DNA of 64,000 nucleotides from assembly GCF_001194135.2 (NCBI RefSeq), contig NC_068985.1, positions 124,012,061 to 124,076,060 on the forward strand. The letters are read 5' to 3'. The notes beneath the pieces are model-generated. The model saw only the letters and a list, made by a program, of their open reading frames with translations. It made no database searches and was not told the DNA's origin. This DNA is from Octopus bimaculoides (Eukaryota). This document shows, in pieces, positions 12,835 to 24,499 of this stretch. Positions within the stretch are counted from its first letter, which is position 1. Each line of letters begins with the position of its first letter. The position numbers were made by a program, and so were the translations under genes.

Positions 12835-13010
12835 AGGCTTTACCTTGATGTAAACAAAGCTATATAGGCAAATCTAAAGCATCCTATTGCATCTGGACCT
12901 ACTCTATCTTGACGTTGCTAAATTTATCCTACCTTGATGTAAGCAAACCTACTCTATCACAATACTTGTAAATCTACCTTATCCTAATGTACGTAAATAT
13001 ACCGTGATGT
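12835..13010. repeat. Diverged minisatellite-like tract
   Basis: taccttgatgtaa and acctactctatc each recur within about 100 bp. Confidence 0.5.
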
Positions 13011-13334
13011 GTTTTCAATCATAGCCATAGTAACATTTTATTAGACTGTCTGACATTGGGAAATTGGATGCAATTTAGCGTTGTAACTTGGATATTAATA
13101 ATGAGATAGTAATAACAAAATGAAAACGATTAGAGATATCCATTGTCCGTCATCACAGCCGTAGGAAATATGTGACACACATCCGCCTTTTCCATCTTTG
13201 CTATCACTTGTCGAAGGTACACGCTCGAGTCTCTAAAGGTGTAGGCTGACTTAACGCCCCCTTCAAAAGTAACTTCGAAGAGTATTGATAATTATGGTAA
13301 CCAAGAGTATTATTATCAGTAAGTATATCAATCC

Positions 13335-13430
13335 TTGCTGCTATAGGCCTGAAATTTTAAGAGAAGCGTTTAGTCTATTATATCGACCTCAATGCTCAGC
13401 ATGTACTTATTTTATCGATTCAAAACGGAC
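13335..13430 (-). mobile_element. SINE family A, 3' fragment
   Basis: ataggcctgaaatttt...atcgacctcaatgctca...tacttattttatcga. Confidence 0.65.
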
Positions 13431-13439
13431 ATTGCAATA

Positions 13440-13910
13440 TCGTGCCGTGTCATCAGCAGTAGCTGACCTAGACTCCGCAGGCTCCCCTTTCTAGCTCGAA
13501 CCAGTGGAGTTGATCAGTAAGGACGATAGAAGGCCACACGGCATGACAGTTCCCCGCTCCGTGATGGTAGCCCCTTATCTGGGATGTCACACGCTGCGAC
13601 ATCTTATCCAGTGGCAAGCTGTTGCGTTTGGTTGCCAGTCCAGTCTTTACAGCTCGTCAAGCCGAGAAGGGTAAAATATCAAAGTATCAGCCATCATCTG
13701 ACGGATTTGCAGTCGATCCTGTAGCAGTGAAGACCTCCGGGGTTCTTGGCTCCCAGCCTACATCTCTGCTCACTGCTGTCGGAGTAGATAGAGCTATTCG
13801 AAAGTGCAAGGCCCTGAAGTCGGGGTGGCTGTTCCAGCGCGTCCCCTCGCCATCCTCTGGGACAACACCTGTTTCATTTTGTCCACTGGGACCATGAGAC
13901 GGATGACAAG
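13440..13910 (+). mobile_element. CRE-like RLE non-LTR retrotransposon, C-terminal endonuclease fragment
   Basis: DSAGSP..LEPVELISKDDRRPHGMT...LIWDVT..D...AARQAEKGKISKY....VDPVAVKTSGVLG...WLFQRV.LAILWDN: PD-(D/E)xK-type RLE layout typical of CRE-type elements. Confidence 0.8.
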
Positions 13911-13930
13911 TGATATCCTCTTAAATACTG

Positions 13931-13988
<58 letters not shown>

Positions 13989-14039
13989 CACACACACAAG
14001 AATGAATAACAATAAGTTTCTACCGAAAATGAAAAGAGC

Positions 14040-14620
14040 AAGCTTAAATGGTCAAGATATCAATACAAAGGAAAGCCTCAACGGCATAGAATTGACGAAA
14101 GGGAAGGGAGATAATCTACGTATTTAAACACGTAAATTAATAAAAACAAGAAGCGCTAGCACTACCAGAAAAAACTTAAAAAAATATATACTTCCTGTCT
14201 GATAACTATGTATAATATAAACAAACTCAAATGCAAATATTCGAATAATTTAAACAAAACTTAGAAAAAAGAAAACAAGAAAATCACCGTTGATAATGGC
14301 CCAAAAAGGTATAACTTTAGAAAAATACAGATTTGTTTTCGAAACTAGAGATTTGAAAACAGCTCACAAAAATTGTATAAGATTTCTCACCCATCTACAC
14401 AAAAACGAATCGTTTTTAAAAACAAAGCAATGTTGAAAAAAGTGATAACTGGTTCAAAGAAAATACAGAAACTGAAAAAATAAAACGATAAAACTCCCCT
14501 AGGTTTGCAGTATTTGGCATTTTGCTTGTTCTTAACAGCTTCGGAACAAGGAAATATCTCAGCTTCGACAACTTTAATAATTTTTATCAATTAATATAAG
14601 GTACTAGCAGACAAGGTTTA
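14040..14620 (+). mobile_element. Decayed R4/Dong-type pre-RT region
   Basis: Weak motifs in expected order (AQK..Y....F.NRDFENSSQKLYK; EKSDNWFKENTE; a KSPG-like stretch). Confidence 0.35.
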
Positions 14621-14650
14621 CTTCCAACATTTTTCTGAAATCATCTAAAC

Positions 14651-14875
14651 CAGTGAGTCTCAACCATTTTTTGCACTTGGTCCCCTTGGTTTCCTATTTT
14701 GCTCTACTGGACCTCCAGAACATTTCGCTGTACATAAAAAAAATCCTACTGTATTTTCATAATTAGATATTAGGAATTGTATAAAAAATTTAAGATATTT
14801 TATGTATTGTAGAAGTATAAGCAAATTATTGCACATAAATTTTAACAACAGATGACTCTCGGTTGAGAACCACTG
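14651..14875. mobile_element. hAT (Charlie/Buster-like) MITE
   Basis: TIRs cagtgagtctcaacc / ggttgagaaccactg; 8-bp TSD atctaaac / atctaaat (7/8), fitting the NTCTAGAN-type target. Confidence 0.85.
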
Positions 14876-15019
14876 ATCTAAATCAAGCGCCCTCATGGTC
14901 CCAGGCTAACAGTGATCAACAAGAAATGATGATGAGCTTTTCCAACACACATTAACACTGGTTAAAGCGAAAGTCCACGAAAAGAACCTGTCCTATGTGT
15001 AACCCGTGTCAAACTGGTG

Positions 15020-16000
15020 ATTCACTCGGTGCCACGTCGCAAGATTGTCAAATACCTGGACATGTCGCCATAGAAACGTCCTCGGTTATAGCTCAAAAGC
15101 CAAAACTCACGCGAGGATTGCCTTCATGGAAAGAACGTGAGATGCGTACAGCTTCAGATAGGTAGCCATTATTTCTGAGCGCTGTAGGGTGACTGCTCTA
15201 CATTGCAGCTATCTAATCTATGGAAAAATTACCGAAACCGCTGTACTGAGGGTCGCCGCCAAATATTGATTTCGAACTGATCCAAATGAATTAAAGCCCG
15301 GCTGATTTATCAATCATTCTCGCAAGAGATGTGCGTTGTCGAAGAAATATATGCAGAAAATAGAAGATGTGCGCACTCTCCATTACATAATTGATAACAA
15401 GCGTTATTCTTGACAAGAGCACTTTGTCTAAAATCTCTTTAGTATAGTTATTGACCACAAATTCTTTATGATCACCCTCTTTTTATGTCCTTCAGAAATA
15501 ACACAACATTCTGGCCAGTTGCGATAGAGATTTTCCAAGAGAATGGCGAACAAATCAGCCAACCAAACCAGACGAGTTACCTCCCATGCTGCCGCCCAAA
15601 TTCAATCGTATCGCCATTGCTCGTATCGTTTTGTTCTCCCGCAACATTTTTCATCTTCTCTCGAGGGCTGCGAATGACTTCCGAGTTATGCACTAAAAAC
15701 CACCTACGTAAGGAACTCACACATTTGGATAAAGGGTAGCAAGAAAATAGTATACATCTGCCTGTAATTGAATAGCATACGCCCTTCTTGTTCAAAGACC
15801 TGATTGACGTTGTATTACCATGTCTGTTCTGCTAATTCCTTCATATCCTTAGAGCATTTGCTTTAGCTTTAACTAGGCCGAGCTAGTGTTTCGCATCGAA
15901 GAAACACACGAGCGCCATGTTCGCTTCTACTGCGCGGATTTTGATGTTTTTCGTAATCTTGCCATCCAATATACTAACTTGCTCCTCTTTCTTCTTCTTA
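15020..16000 (-). mobile_element. L1/Tx1-type LINE RT fragment (pseudogene)
   Basis: Minus strand: GNSSGLVG (KSPGLDG), DLFAILLENLYRNW, ALIHLDQ, YLAATLSTAGFG, NGYLSEAVRISRSFHEGNP (NG.LS..F.I.RSVRQGCP), YGDM (YADD). Confidence 0.75.
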
Positions 16001-16339
16001 CTTCGTTTCCTTACACTATTGATTCTAAACGAATGGTTTTCTTCTGAGTGACCCACTACCAGAAGTCTGTTTGCGTAGTTTTTTGTACGAGTTCAAGTTC
16101 TCTCCTGTTTTTATTTGATCACTATGTTTTATAAACACACACGTTGTTGCTTTTTTGTACAACAGTAACAGTGAAGTTGATGAGAAGAGATTGGCACTGT
16201 TATTTTTGTTCTTGTTTTTGCTTTAGTTATTTCTTTTGATGTTTGTTTTAGTTATTTCTTTTCCTGTCTTCTTATTTCCTTTTTTTTTTTAGTCAGGGAA
16301 AAGGGTAATAAAAATCATCTTTTATAGGGACTTTTAAAA

Positions 16340-16560
16340 CCGGTAGGTATCTGGGAAGAAGGTCTCCTCGCCCAGGAAACACAGCCTGAATGTTTGCAAG
16401 AGTGGACTCCACTAGATGTATGAAAAGGCCAGATGCTGGTGTTAAATTGTGGAAGACGGATCAAGTCGACAAGCTAAGCAGGCCACGGCAGGATATGAAC
16501 TCAGAGCGGACACCGTAGTACATCTCCAGCGTTAGAAGCTGTGCAAAAGCAATAATAATA
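16340..16560 (-). mobile_element. SINE-like element (unclassified) next to an (ATT)n tract
   Basis: Minus strand begins at an ATT run and has a B-box-like gagttcatatcc; no second copy in the window. Confidence 0.35.
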
Positions 16561-16637
16561 ATATTTATTATTATGATGATGATGATGACGAGGATAATGA
16601 TGATGATGATAACGAGGATGATGATGATGACGCTTTC

Positions 16638-16848
16638 ACATTTTAGTACAAGATTTTAGCACGAAATTTCAGGAGGTGGGGCAAGTCGATTACATCGACC
16701 CCAGTTTTCAACTGGTACTTGTTTTATCGACCCCGGAAGGATGAAAGGCAAAGTAGACCTTGGCGGAATTTGAACTCAGAATGTAAAGATTGAGAAAATA
16801 CTGCCAAGCACTTTTTGCGGCGTGCTAACGTTTCTATCAACTCGTCAA
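16638..16848 (-). mobile_element. SINE family A
   Basis: Reverse complement of nearly the whole family A body and head. Confidence 0.85.
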
Positions 16849-16879
16849 TAATAATAATAGTCCATTTTACTTAGGTACA

Positions 16880-17016
16880 TCGACCCCAGTATATGTGGCT
16901 ATGATGCCTGTGCCTGGTACACCGTTATCAAACGGTTAGTCATGGTCGGTATATTGAGCTTCGTATATTTATTGTACCCCAGTGTCACTTTGATGGCATG
17001 CATTGCTCTCTCACTC
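16880..17016 (+). mobile_element. 3' end of an (AAT)n-tailed retroposon (family E)
   Basis: ttcgtatattt..ccagtgtcactttgatggcatgca.tgctctctcactc shared with 43044-43096. Confidence 0.65.
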
Positions 17017-17520
17017 GAAAGACCAAACCTTCTTTACAAAAGACTCCCAGGCTAACATTCTTAAAAACGGTTCTGACCCTAAATGCAGATTCTACGATGC
17101 ATTTGATGAAACAATAAACCATCTCGTCTCGGGATTTCCTGTGCTGACACGAGATGAATACAAAAATCACCACGGTAGGATAGGACAGTATTTACATTGG
17201 AAAATATATAAACACTACAAAATCAATACTCCTGCTCACTGGTATGAACATTATCCTGAGCCAGTCATTGAAAGTAAAAATGTCACTATCCTCTGGGATT
17301 TTCCAGGCAACACCGACAGACCGATCCAAGCTAATCGACCAGACATAGTCATTTAAGACAGGGAAGAAAATACTTGTAGACTAATAGATGTAAGTGTTCC
17401 CAATGATAAGAATATATCCGTAAAAGAATTTGACAAATTAAGTAAATGTAAGGACCTGGAAATTGAAATGCACAATACTAACAATTGTTAAACAGTTCAG
17501 TGATGACATCAAGATGTAAT
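17017..17520 (+). mobile_element. R4/Dong-type LINE C-terminal fragment (Zn knuckle + RLE)
   Basis: DPKCRFYDAFDETINHLVSGFPVL..EYKNHHGRIGQYLHW...WYEHYPEPV...TILWDFPGNTDRPIQANRPDIVI*DREENTCRLIDVSVP.DKNISVKEFDKLSKCKDLEIE. Confidence 0.9.
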
Positions 17521-17529
17521 TTGGCCTCG

Positions 17530-17672
<143 letters not shown>

Positions 17673-17739
17673 TGTGTCTGTGTGTGTTTCTGTGTGTGTT
17701 GTGTGTTTATGAGTCGGCAGTCCAAGTATATTTTTTGAA

Positions 17740-18080
17740 ATCTTAGAGTATGTTGAGTTGTGGTCTACAGTTTTGAATAATAATTTTTCTTTATTTATCT
17801 GTGTTTGGTCAGTGGTGCTGTTTGGACAACGGTACAGTGAGAAAACTAGGAATTTGGGGAACTTAATTTGTGCGCAGAGATCTAGGTGGCCACTAAGGTT
17901 TTCGTAAGTCGTCGATATCGATTGTCTTAGCTCGTTCTATTCTATTGTCAACTAATGATGCTGGGTACTATCTTTCGAGAAGTATGTCCTTTAGTTCTTG
18001 GAGTCTTTTATTTCGCGTTTCATAATTTGAAAGAGTTGTACCGATTCTTCTCGCTAGGTTGAAAGGAATATTTGTCTTTG
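17740..18080 (-). mobile_element. Penelope-like (Neptune-type) fragment with internal deletion
   Basis: Minus strand KTNIPFNLARRIGTTLSNYETRNKRLQELKDILLER*YPASLVDNRIERAKTIDIDDLRK is homologous to ORF 21922-22638; it then jumps to a C-terminal-like FLVFSLYRCPNSTT..QINKE. Confidence 0.85.
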
Positions 18081-18095
18081 TTGTCTCATTTCATT

Positions 18096-18268
<173 letters not shown>

Positions 18269-18330
18269 CTTTATTACGAAAAATATAGAACTGCTAAAGA
18301 AGTGCCCGGGTAGAACCCGAGACAACAGTT

Positions 18331-18840
18331 AAGAATTAAGATATAAGCTCAAATTAGGCAATCATACTCATACAGTTATGAATTCGACTTAAAATACATA
18401 TCGACATATATGAAAATTTTTTTAATGTTTATAAAACATAAATATACAAATATATATATATATCCTCATAAAATCACATTCATAAAATTTTTCTACCAGG
18501 ACATGAACTCTGGAAACGGCCGTAGAAAGTGGACTCTCTCGAACTGTATTATATACTCTATATACCATTTATATATTAAAAAAAAACAAACATATCGAAC
18601 TTTATATGGATCTTTTAATTGAAACTTAACCGCTCTTAATTTTAGTAATAAAAAAAATATTTTTCTCTTTTTCTCACACTTCCTTTCATAGTATCTCACA
18701 TGGATTTTATTTATATGTATTATTATGTATATTTAAATATTCATTGTGTCGATATGTATTGATATATGTATGCTCATTTAAAGTCGAATTTATAACTGTA
18801 TCAGTATGATTGTCTAATTCGAGTTTATATCTTAATTCCT
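18331..18840. repeat. Diverged fold-back inverted repeat, probable inverted Penelope pLTR
   Basis: 18331-18395 versus the reverse complement of 18776-18840 differs at 7 of 65 positions; weaker AT-rich similarity continues inward; GAAAC-GGCC-GTA at 18513-18524 between the arms. Confidence 0.75.
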
Positions 18841-18913
18841 ATANNNNNNNNNNNNNNNTTTTATTCCCATGCTGACCACTTGATAAAATCAATATTTTAA
18901 ATATCGATCTTAT

Positions 18914-18995
<82 letters not shown>

Positions 18996-19432
18996 GCATT
19001 CATGATTACCGGTAGCTTTAATACCAGTTCTCAGTCGGACATAAACGAATATATCTCCTATTGTCTTAAATTCTCTGCTCCCTCTCTGTCTTTCTTGCTT
19101 TTGTTTCTTTTCCTTTCTGTCTTTCTTTATTTCCTCTCATTTTTTCTTGTTATTCTCTATCTTTGTTCATTTTAATTGTTATTCTCTGCAGCAATGTGTA
19201 AGAGTAGTTTATAAATATATCTGTGTGTATATATGTGTGTGTGTGCGTGTGTGTGTGTGTGTGAGTATTATTTAATAAACACAGTATACATTTTTATGAG
19301 CTACTAACAGCTTCATGCGATCAAAAAATCTCAGACAGTATTTAATAACACGTCTAGTGCCTCCATACAATCGTCAGGCCCTATCCACATCGTATAACAA
19401 GCTAAAGCGTATATCATGATATGGTAAGAGAA

Positions 19433-19481
19433 AATACGAGAAAAGACGTGAACGAACTAGATGTCGACTTTTCTCGTATTT
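19433..19481. repeat. Short hairpin, 14-bp perfect arms
   Basis: aaatacgagaaaag ... cttttctcgtattt. Confidence 0.6.
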
Positions 19482-20472
19482 CGTCTAATCCTATCGTTCT
19501 GTTTCAGCTTGTTATGCCATAATGGTAGAGCCTGAGGATTGCATANNNNNNNNNNNNNNNNNNNNNNNNNNATATATATATATATATATATATAAACACG
19601 TGTGGGGGGAGGTTAATATATACCCGTTATATACATATACTAGCGTTTTAATCTTCACACAATTGTATTTTCTTTTCTAACAGATCGAAATCCGGGTTCC
19701 CAAGTAGTTCCAGAAAAATTTAATATCTTAAAATTTATCACTGTATGTACAACTATATTTTTATGTATATACGTGTGTAAATTATTGTTATTTCTCGAGT
19801 GAATGGCAACAAAATTGTTCATTTGTGCAAGGATAAAGCAATGAGTCATGATATTGTGAACCGAGCATCATTTTCGGTAGTTTTCTATAACATGTCATCA
19901 TCCTAATCAGAGAGCGAGTTCTCACAATTTAATTCTTCTCATTCATCACTAAACTCAGTCATTCTATGGAATTCAACGAATAAACAGAGAATGAAAGGTG
20001 TCCACATCCAGATGCATAATTATTATGTACTTAATGAATGATAGTTTACAACAGTTGAAGAAACTTCAAAATGGAGTTATAGAGAAGAAACACGAAACCG
20101 AGAATAAAAGAGTTCAAATCACGTATCTGCACAGGAATAACTAAAGTCTGTTACATCGGACGACGTTCTATAAGCCTATATAAATTATGAGCTGATTCAA
20201 AATATTTGTAGCTTCGGTGACATAATTTGCTAAGAGTGAATAGAAACTACGAGTTAAAATTAGGATTCAGCGCGGTCTTCTATATTTCTTCACATAATGT
20301 TTCTAAATGTATACGCTTGTAGTTAATATACAAATAAACAAACATAAATGCTATTTATATATTACTCTGTTTACTGTCTTGTTTATATTTGGTTTTCATG
20401 TATTTATGCATGGTAGATTTAGTGACTTATATTTTCTTTCTTACTTGCTCTATCCCTCACCAACTCTTGTCC

Positions 20473-20598
<126 letters not shown>

Positions 20599-20849
20599 AT
20601 AGGTGTCTTTATGTGTATATATGTATGCATATGTATGCATATGTATATGTTTATGCATATATATATATATATATATAAATATATGCTAGGACGCTTGCTT
20701 TAAAACATATTTTCGGGTTCTGCGTCGTTATGTTGCAACATGCAAAGGAAACAGTCTATTATAGCCTTGGGTCGGCCAGTGCATCGTGAGTTCAAATATG
20801 ACCCTATGCATGTAAATATATCTGCATTTACGAGAGCGGAAAGAACCAA

Positions 20850-22950
20850 TTGAGATAAAAAATTATTCAAACCTCACCATTAAAGAAGCCGACAAAGGAA
20901 GTGCAGTAGTAGTGATGGATACAGAGTACTACAAAAAGTTAATACTATCCATGTTGGAAAATAATATTTACTATGAGATGATAGTACAATACAACCCACA
21001 GAAGACTCTTAAAAACTTATCCTCTTTACTTCAATTACATGGAAAGGGTTTAACTAAACATGAAATTGACTATTTATCCAATTTGAAATACAGACCTAGT
21101 CTATTCTATGGATTACCCTAAATACACAAGAATCCACATATTTGTAAAGCTTGCAAAGTTTATCCAAGCCTCTGCATTAATATCCCTCCCCCCACTGACC
21201 TCAAACTGAAACCCATCATTGCTGGTCCTGCTTGTGAAACCCACCGTTTGAGCAACTTCCTCGACATCTTGCTCAAACCATTTCTAAAATATGTGAGAAG
21301 CTTCATCAGGGATGACTGAGATATGATAAACCACCCCGCGAAGACAATAAGTGAAGGAACTCTGTTAGTATCATTCGATGTGGTGAATTTGTACACCAAT
21401 ATCCCACACGATTATGGTATAGAAGCGATCTCCTTCTGGCTAGAAACATACCCACAAGAGATCCCAGGGCGCATCAACCACAGATTTATAATCGCAGCAC
21501 TCAAATTCATCCTACTGAACAACTATTTCATGTTCGATACAGTTTACTATCGACAAAAATGTGGAATTGCAATGGGAACCCGAGCTGCTCCAGTGATTGC
21601 GAACTTTGTAATGGGTTACCTAGAGCTTAAAATATATCAATCATCACTACAAAAATATGGCAACTCTTTTCATTGCTATTTAAAGGAGAGCTGGAAGAGG
21701 TATTTGGACGACTGCTTTATACTTTGAAACGACAGCATGGACAAACTCCTCGATTTCAAAATAATGCTTAACAATATTAATAGCAACATACAATTCACTA
21801 TGGAACACAACAGTAAACAACTCCTTTTTCTTGACATCCTACTTAAAATAGTCAATAACCACATAGAAACAGACATCTTCTATAAACCTACGGATTCTAA
21901 ACAATACCTATTATTTAACTCATGCCACCCCAAACACATAAAATTAATATGCCTTATAATCTAGCGAAAAGAATCTGTACCATAGTTTCGGACACCTATA
22001 CTCGTGAACGAAGACTCCTTGAACTCAGATCAATACTAACCAAGCGACATTACCCAATATCTTTAATAAATAATGGAATCAAACGAGCTAAGGAGATAGA
22101 CATACAAACATTAAGGGAAGTCAACGGAAATACTACACCAGACTTTCAAATACTCCCATACGTCTCCACACGTAACCCTAGAAACAACGAAGCCTTTAAC
22201 GTTATCATCCAAAGTCTTCCCATCCTCACAAGAGATAAAACAATGAACAAAATTTTAGACTCACACAAAATTATCAAAAGTAAAATGCAACCTAAATCAC
22301 TGAAAAAAATATTAACCAGCGCAAGACTGTATCCATTAACAACAGAACCAAAAATAAAAAAATGTGATCGACCTAACTGTGGGACTTGCCCCCACCTTTT
22401 GGAGGGTTCTGAGTTCCACTTTAAACAAGGTGGAATCTTTAAGATTAAATCAAATTTCACCTGTGCCTCAGAAAATCTAATCTATGCCATTACATGCTTA
22501 GGTTGCAGTAATTACTATATTGGCCAAACAAGAATATCACTCCGTAGAAGAACTACTCTCCACAAAACAAATCCGCCTCCCATATTACAGACAGATACAG
22601 GTCAGTGGACACATAGAAAGGTGTGCGAGGAATCTTAATCCTAATTTCCTAATTTTTCCCTTCTATCAATGTTCACAGAACACGTCTACACAACAAAGAA
22701 TGAATAAAGAGGCATTTTTCATTAATAAATATCTTCCTCAACTAAATATAAACACATAGCATCATATAGAACACCACTAATCTTCCATTTAATATCACTA
22801 ACCCCCATACATCCCATAAACCATTCACACTACAAATCCAGATTACCCTAATTGCACCAAATGCAGAACTACTTACCTCCCTTACACATAATCTTTTTAC
22901 TAAGGGACTAATAGACTTGACACCGTAGAATTCGGTGTATACTCAAAGCA
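20850..22950 (+). mobile_element. Penelope-like retroelement, Neptune-type (RT + Cys linker + GIY-YIG endonuclease), 5'-truncated, inactivated
   Basis: IKEADKGSAVVVM; LVSFDVVNLYTNIPH; YRQKCGIAMGTRAAPVIAN; WKRYLDDCF; FYKPTDSKQYL..SCHP; CDRPNCGTC linker; NLIYAITCLGCSNYYIGQT. Stops at about 21119, 21317 and 21725 plus two frameshifts; coding end 22759, then a C/A-rich 3' region running into a gap. Confidence 0.95.
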
Positions 22951-23299
22951 ATGANNNNNNNNNNNNNNNNNNNNNNNNNNNNNNNNNNNNNNNNNNNNNN
23001 NNNNNNNNNNNNNNNNNNNNNNNNNNNNNNNNNNNNNNNNNNNNNNNNNNNNNNNNNNNNNNNNNNNNNNNNNNNNNNNNNNNNNNNNNNNNNNNNNNNN
23101 NNNNNNNNNNNNNNNNNNNNNNNNNNNATATATATACATATATATATATATATACATATTCCTGTATACCTTATATGTATATACATATACACATAGAAAT
23201 AGAAATATATATGTATACACGTTGTATATGCATTCAGCTTCTCACCGAACGATCAACAGGAATGATTTGTTTATTGTGATCAAATGCCCGTACACACAT

Positions 23300-23477
23300 C
23301 AGCTCACTCTCACCATCAAATTAACGTTGTATGAACAGGTGCACGGTGTACCGCACTTTAAGTGCTGAAGTGATAGTAGAGCAGCATGAGATGAAATGAT
23401 TTACTCAAGAGTACAACGCGGCACCTGGTCTAGGAATTGAAATCACGACCTAGTGATCGTGAATGCAATACATTGAT

Positions 23478-23480
<3 letters not shown>
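23300..23480 (-). mobile_element. SINE family B, diverged
   Basis: Reverse complement of the family B head and core (atgaaat..ttt.ctcaaga..acaacgc...ggaattgaaatcacgacc..tgatcgtga). Confidence 0.6.
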
Positions 23481-23512
<32 letters not shown>

Positions 23513-23753
23513 TTGACAGCTATCGTGACATTTAAGTATAATTATTTACCTTGTGGTTCGACTTATCTTCCTCGTTACTTTAACATTTGGAGACGTACGA
23601 ACATTGTTGAGCTCACTGGACGTGTATTGTGAAAGTGACGAGAAATAAATATAGCTTTGCGATGGGAATATTTGTGCAGTAAAACCGATTGATTTTGCTC
23701 TTCTACCATCAGAATGATTATTACGAAGACATTTGCTTGTTTCTCATCTGTAG

Positions 23754-23940
23754 GCTTTTACAAGTGAAGAAAGTCCAGTAGGAATGAGTATTTACTCCTG
23801 TTGTTCGCGGAGCTCGGAAATCAGTCTAGCAGTGTTAAGCTTTATATTAGTTTTTCAGCAACCGCTGACGGGAACTTGTGCAGGTTGTTTCTGCTTAATT
23901 GCTATTACGTCGTGCGTAAATATATTCAAAGAATTTGTTG
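23754..23940 (+). other. Candidate exon (unknown transcript)
   Basis: Acceptor ttctcatctgtag|G, donor TTG|gtgagt; only one frame is open; no recognisable protein. Confidence 0.25.
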
Positions 23941-24096
23941 GTGAGTGTTAGCAATGATAGACAGTACCTGTAATCAGCAGAAAGGATTAATCTCTCGATG
24001 TGCGTATTCGGATTGCTTAACCTACAATTGCACACGGATGTAAATCACAGGATTGTCAAACAGTAATGTTTATAACTTCATTATTCTCCTGCTCAG

Positions 24097-24164
24097 CTAT
24101 TACCTCACCACGCAGAATAACGGCACATTCCCATTTGATGTTCGTTAGTTGTAAAATTCTACAG
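24097..24164 (+). other. Candidate exon (unknown transcript)
   Basis: Acceptor ttattctcctgctcag|C, donor CAG|gtaaga; phase-compatible with 23754-23940. Confidence 0.3.
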
Positions 24165-24376
24165 GTAAGATCAAAAGCAAGAAAGTCTGTTGCAATACAA
24201 ACAATTTCGGCATGTGAAATACAACAATTTCGGCATGTTATTTCGGCAATAACCTATGGGAGTCTCTACTAAACTCAATTAATTCGAAGCCATCTTTATT
24301 CATTTATATTCTGACGCTAGGCATTTGTTAAAATTTACGAAACACCAAGTAACATACGATGCAGTCAACCTATATT

Positions 24377-24499
24377 TAGCCCGAAATTCCCGCTATTTTG
24401 ATCCCATGTGGAGCGCGGCTGAGAAACTGCTCTGCCTGCAACATCAAGGTGGAGGTCGGCTAAGTTCAAGGAGGTAGGAATTATAGGGTTTTCGGGCTA
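24377..24499. repeat. Short element with 10-bp TIRs containing an inverted copy of 24961-25053
   Basis: tagcccgaaa / tttcgggcta termini; the internal 93 bp is ~87% identical to the reverse complement of 24961-25053. Confidence 0.6.

Noticed and set aside
18293-18333. ctaaaga...cggg-tagaa-cccg-agac-aaca-gtt as a hammerhead
   Set aside because: Two core positions are wrong, the stem III loop is not palindromic, and its orientation conflicts with the inferred pLTR arm that follows.
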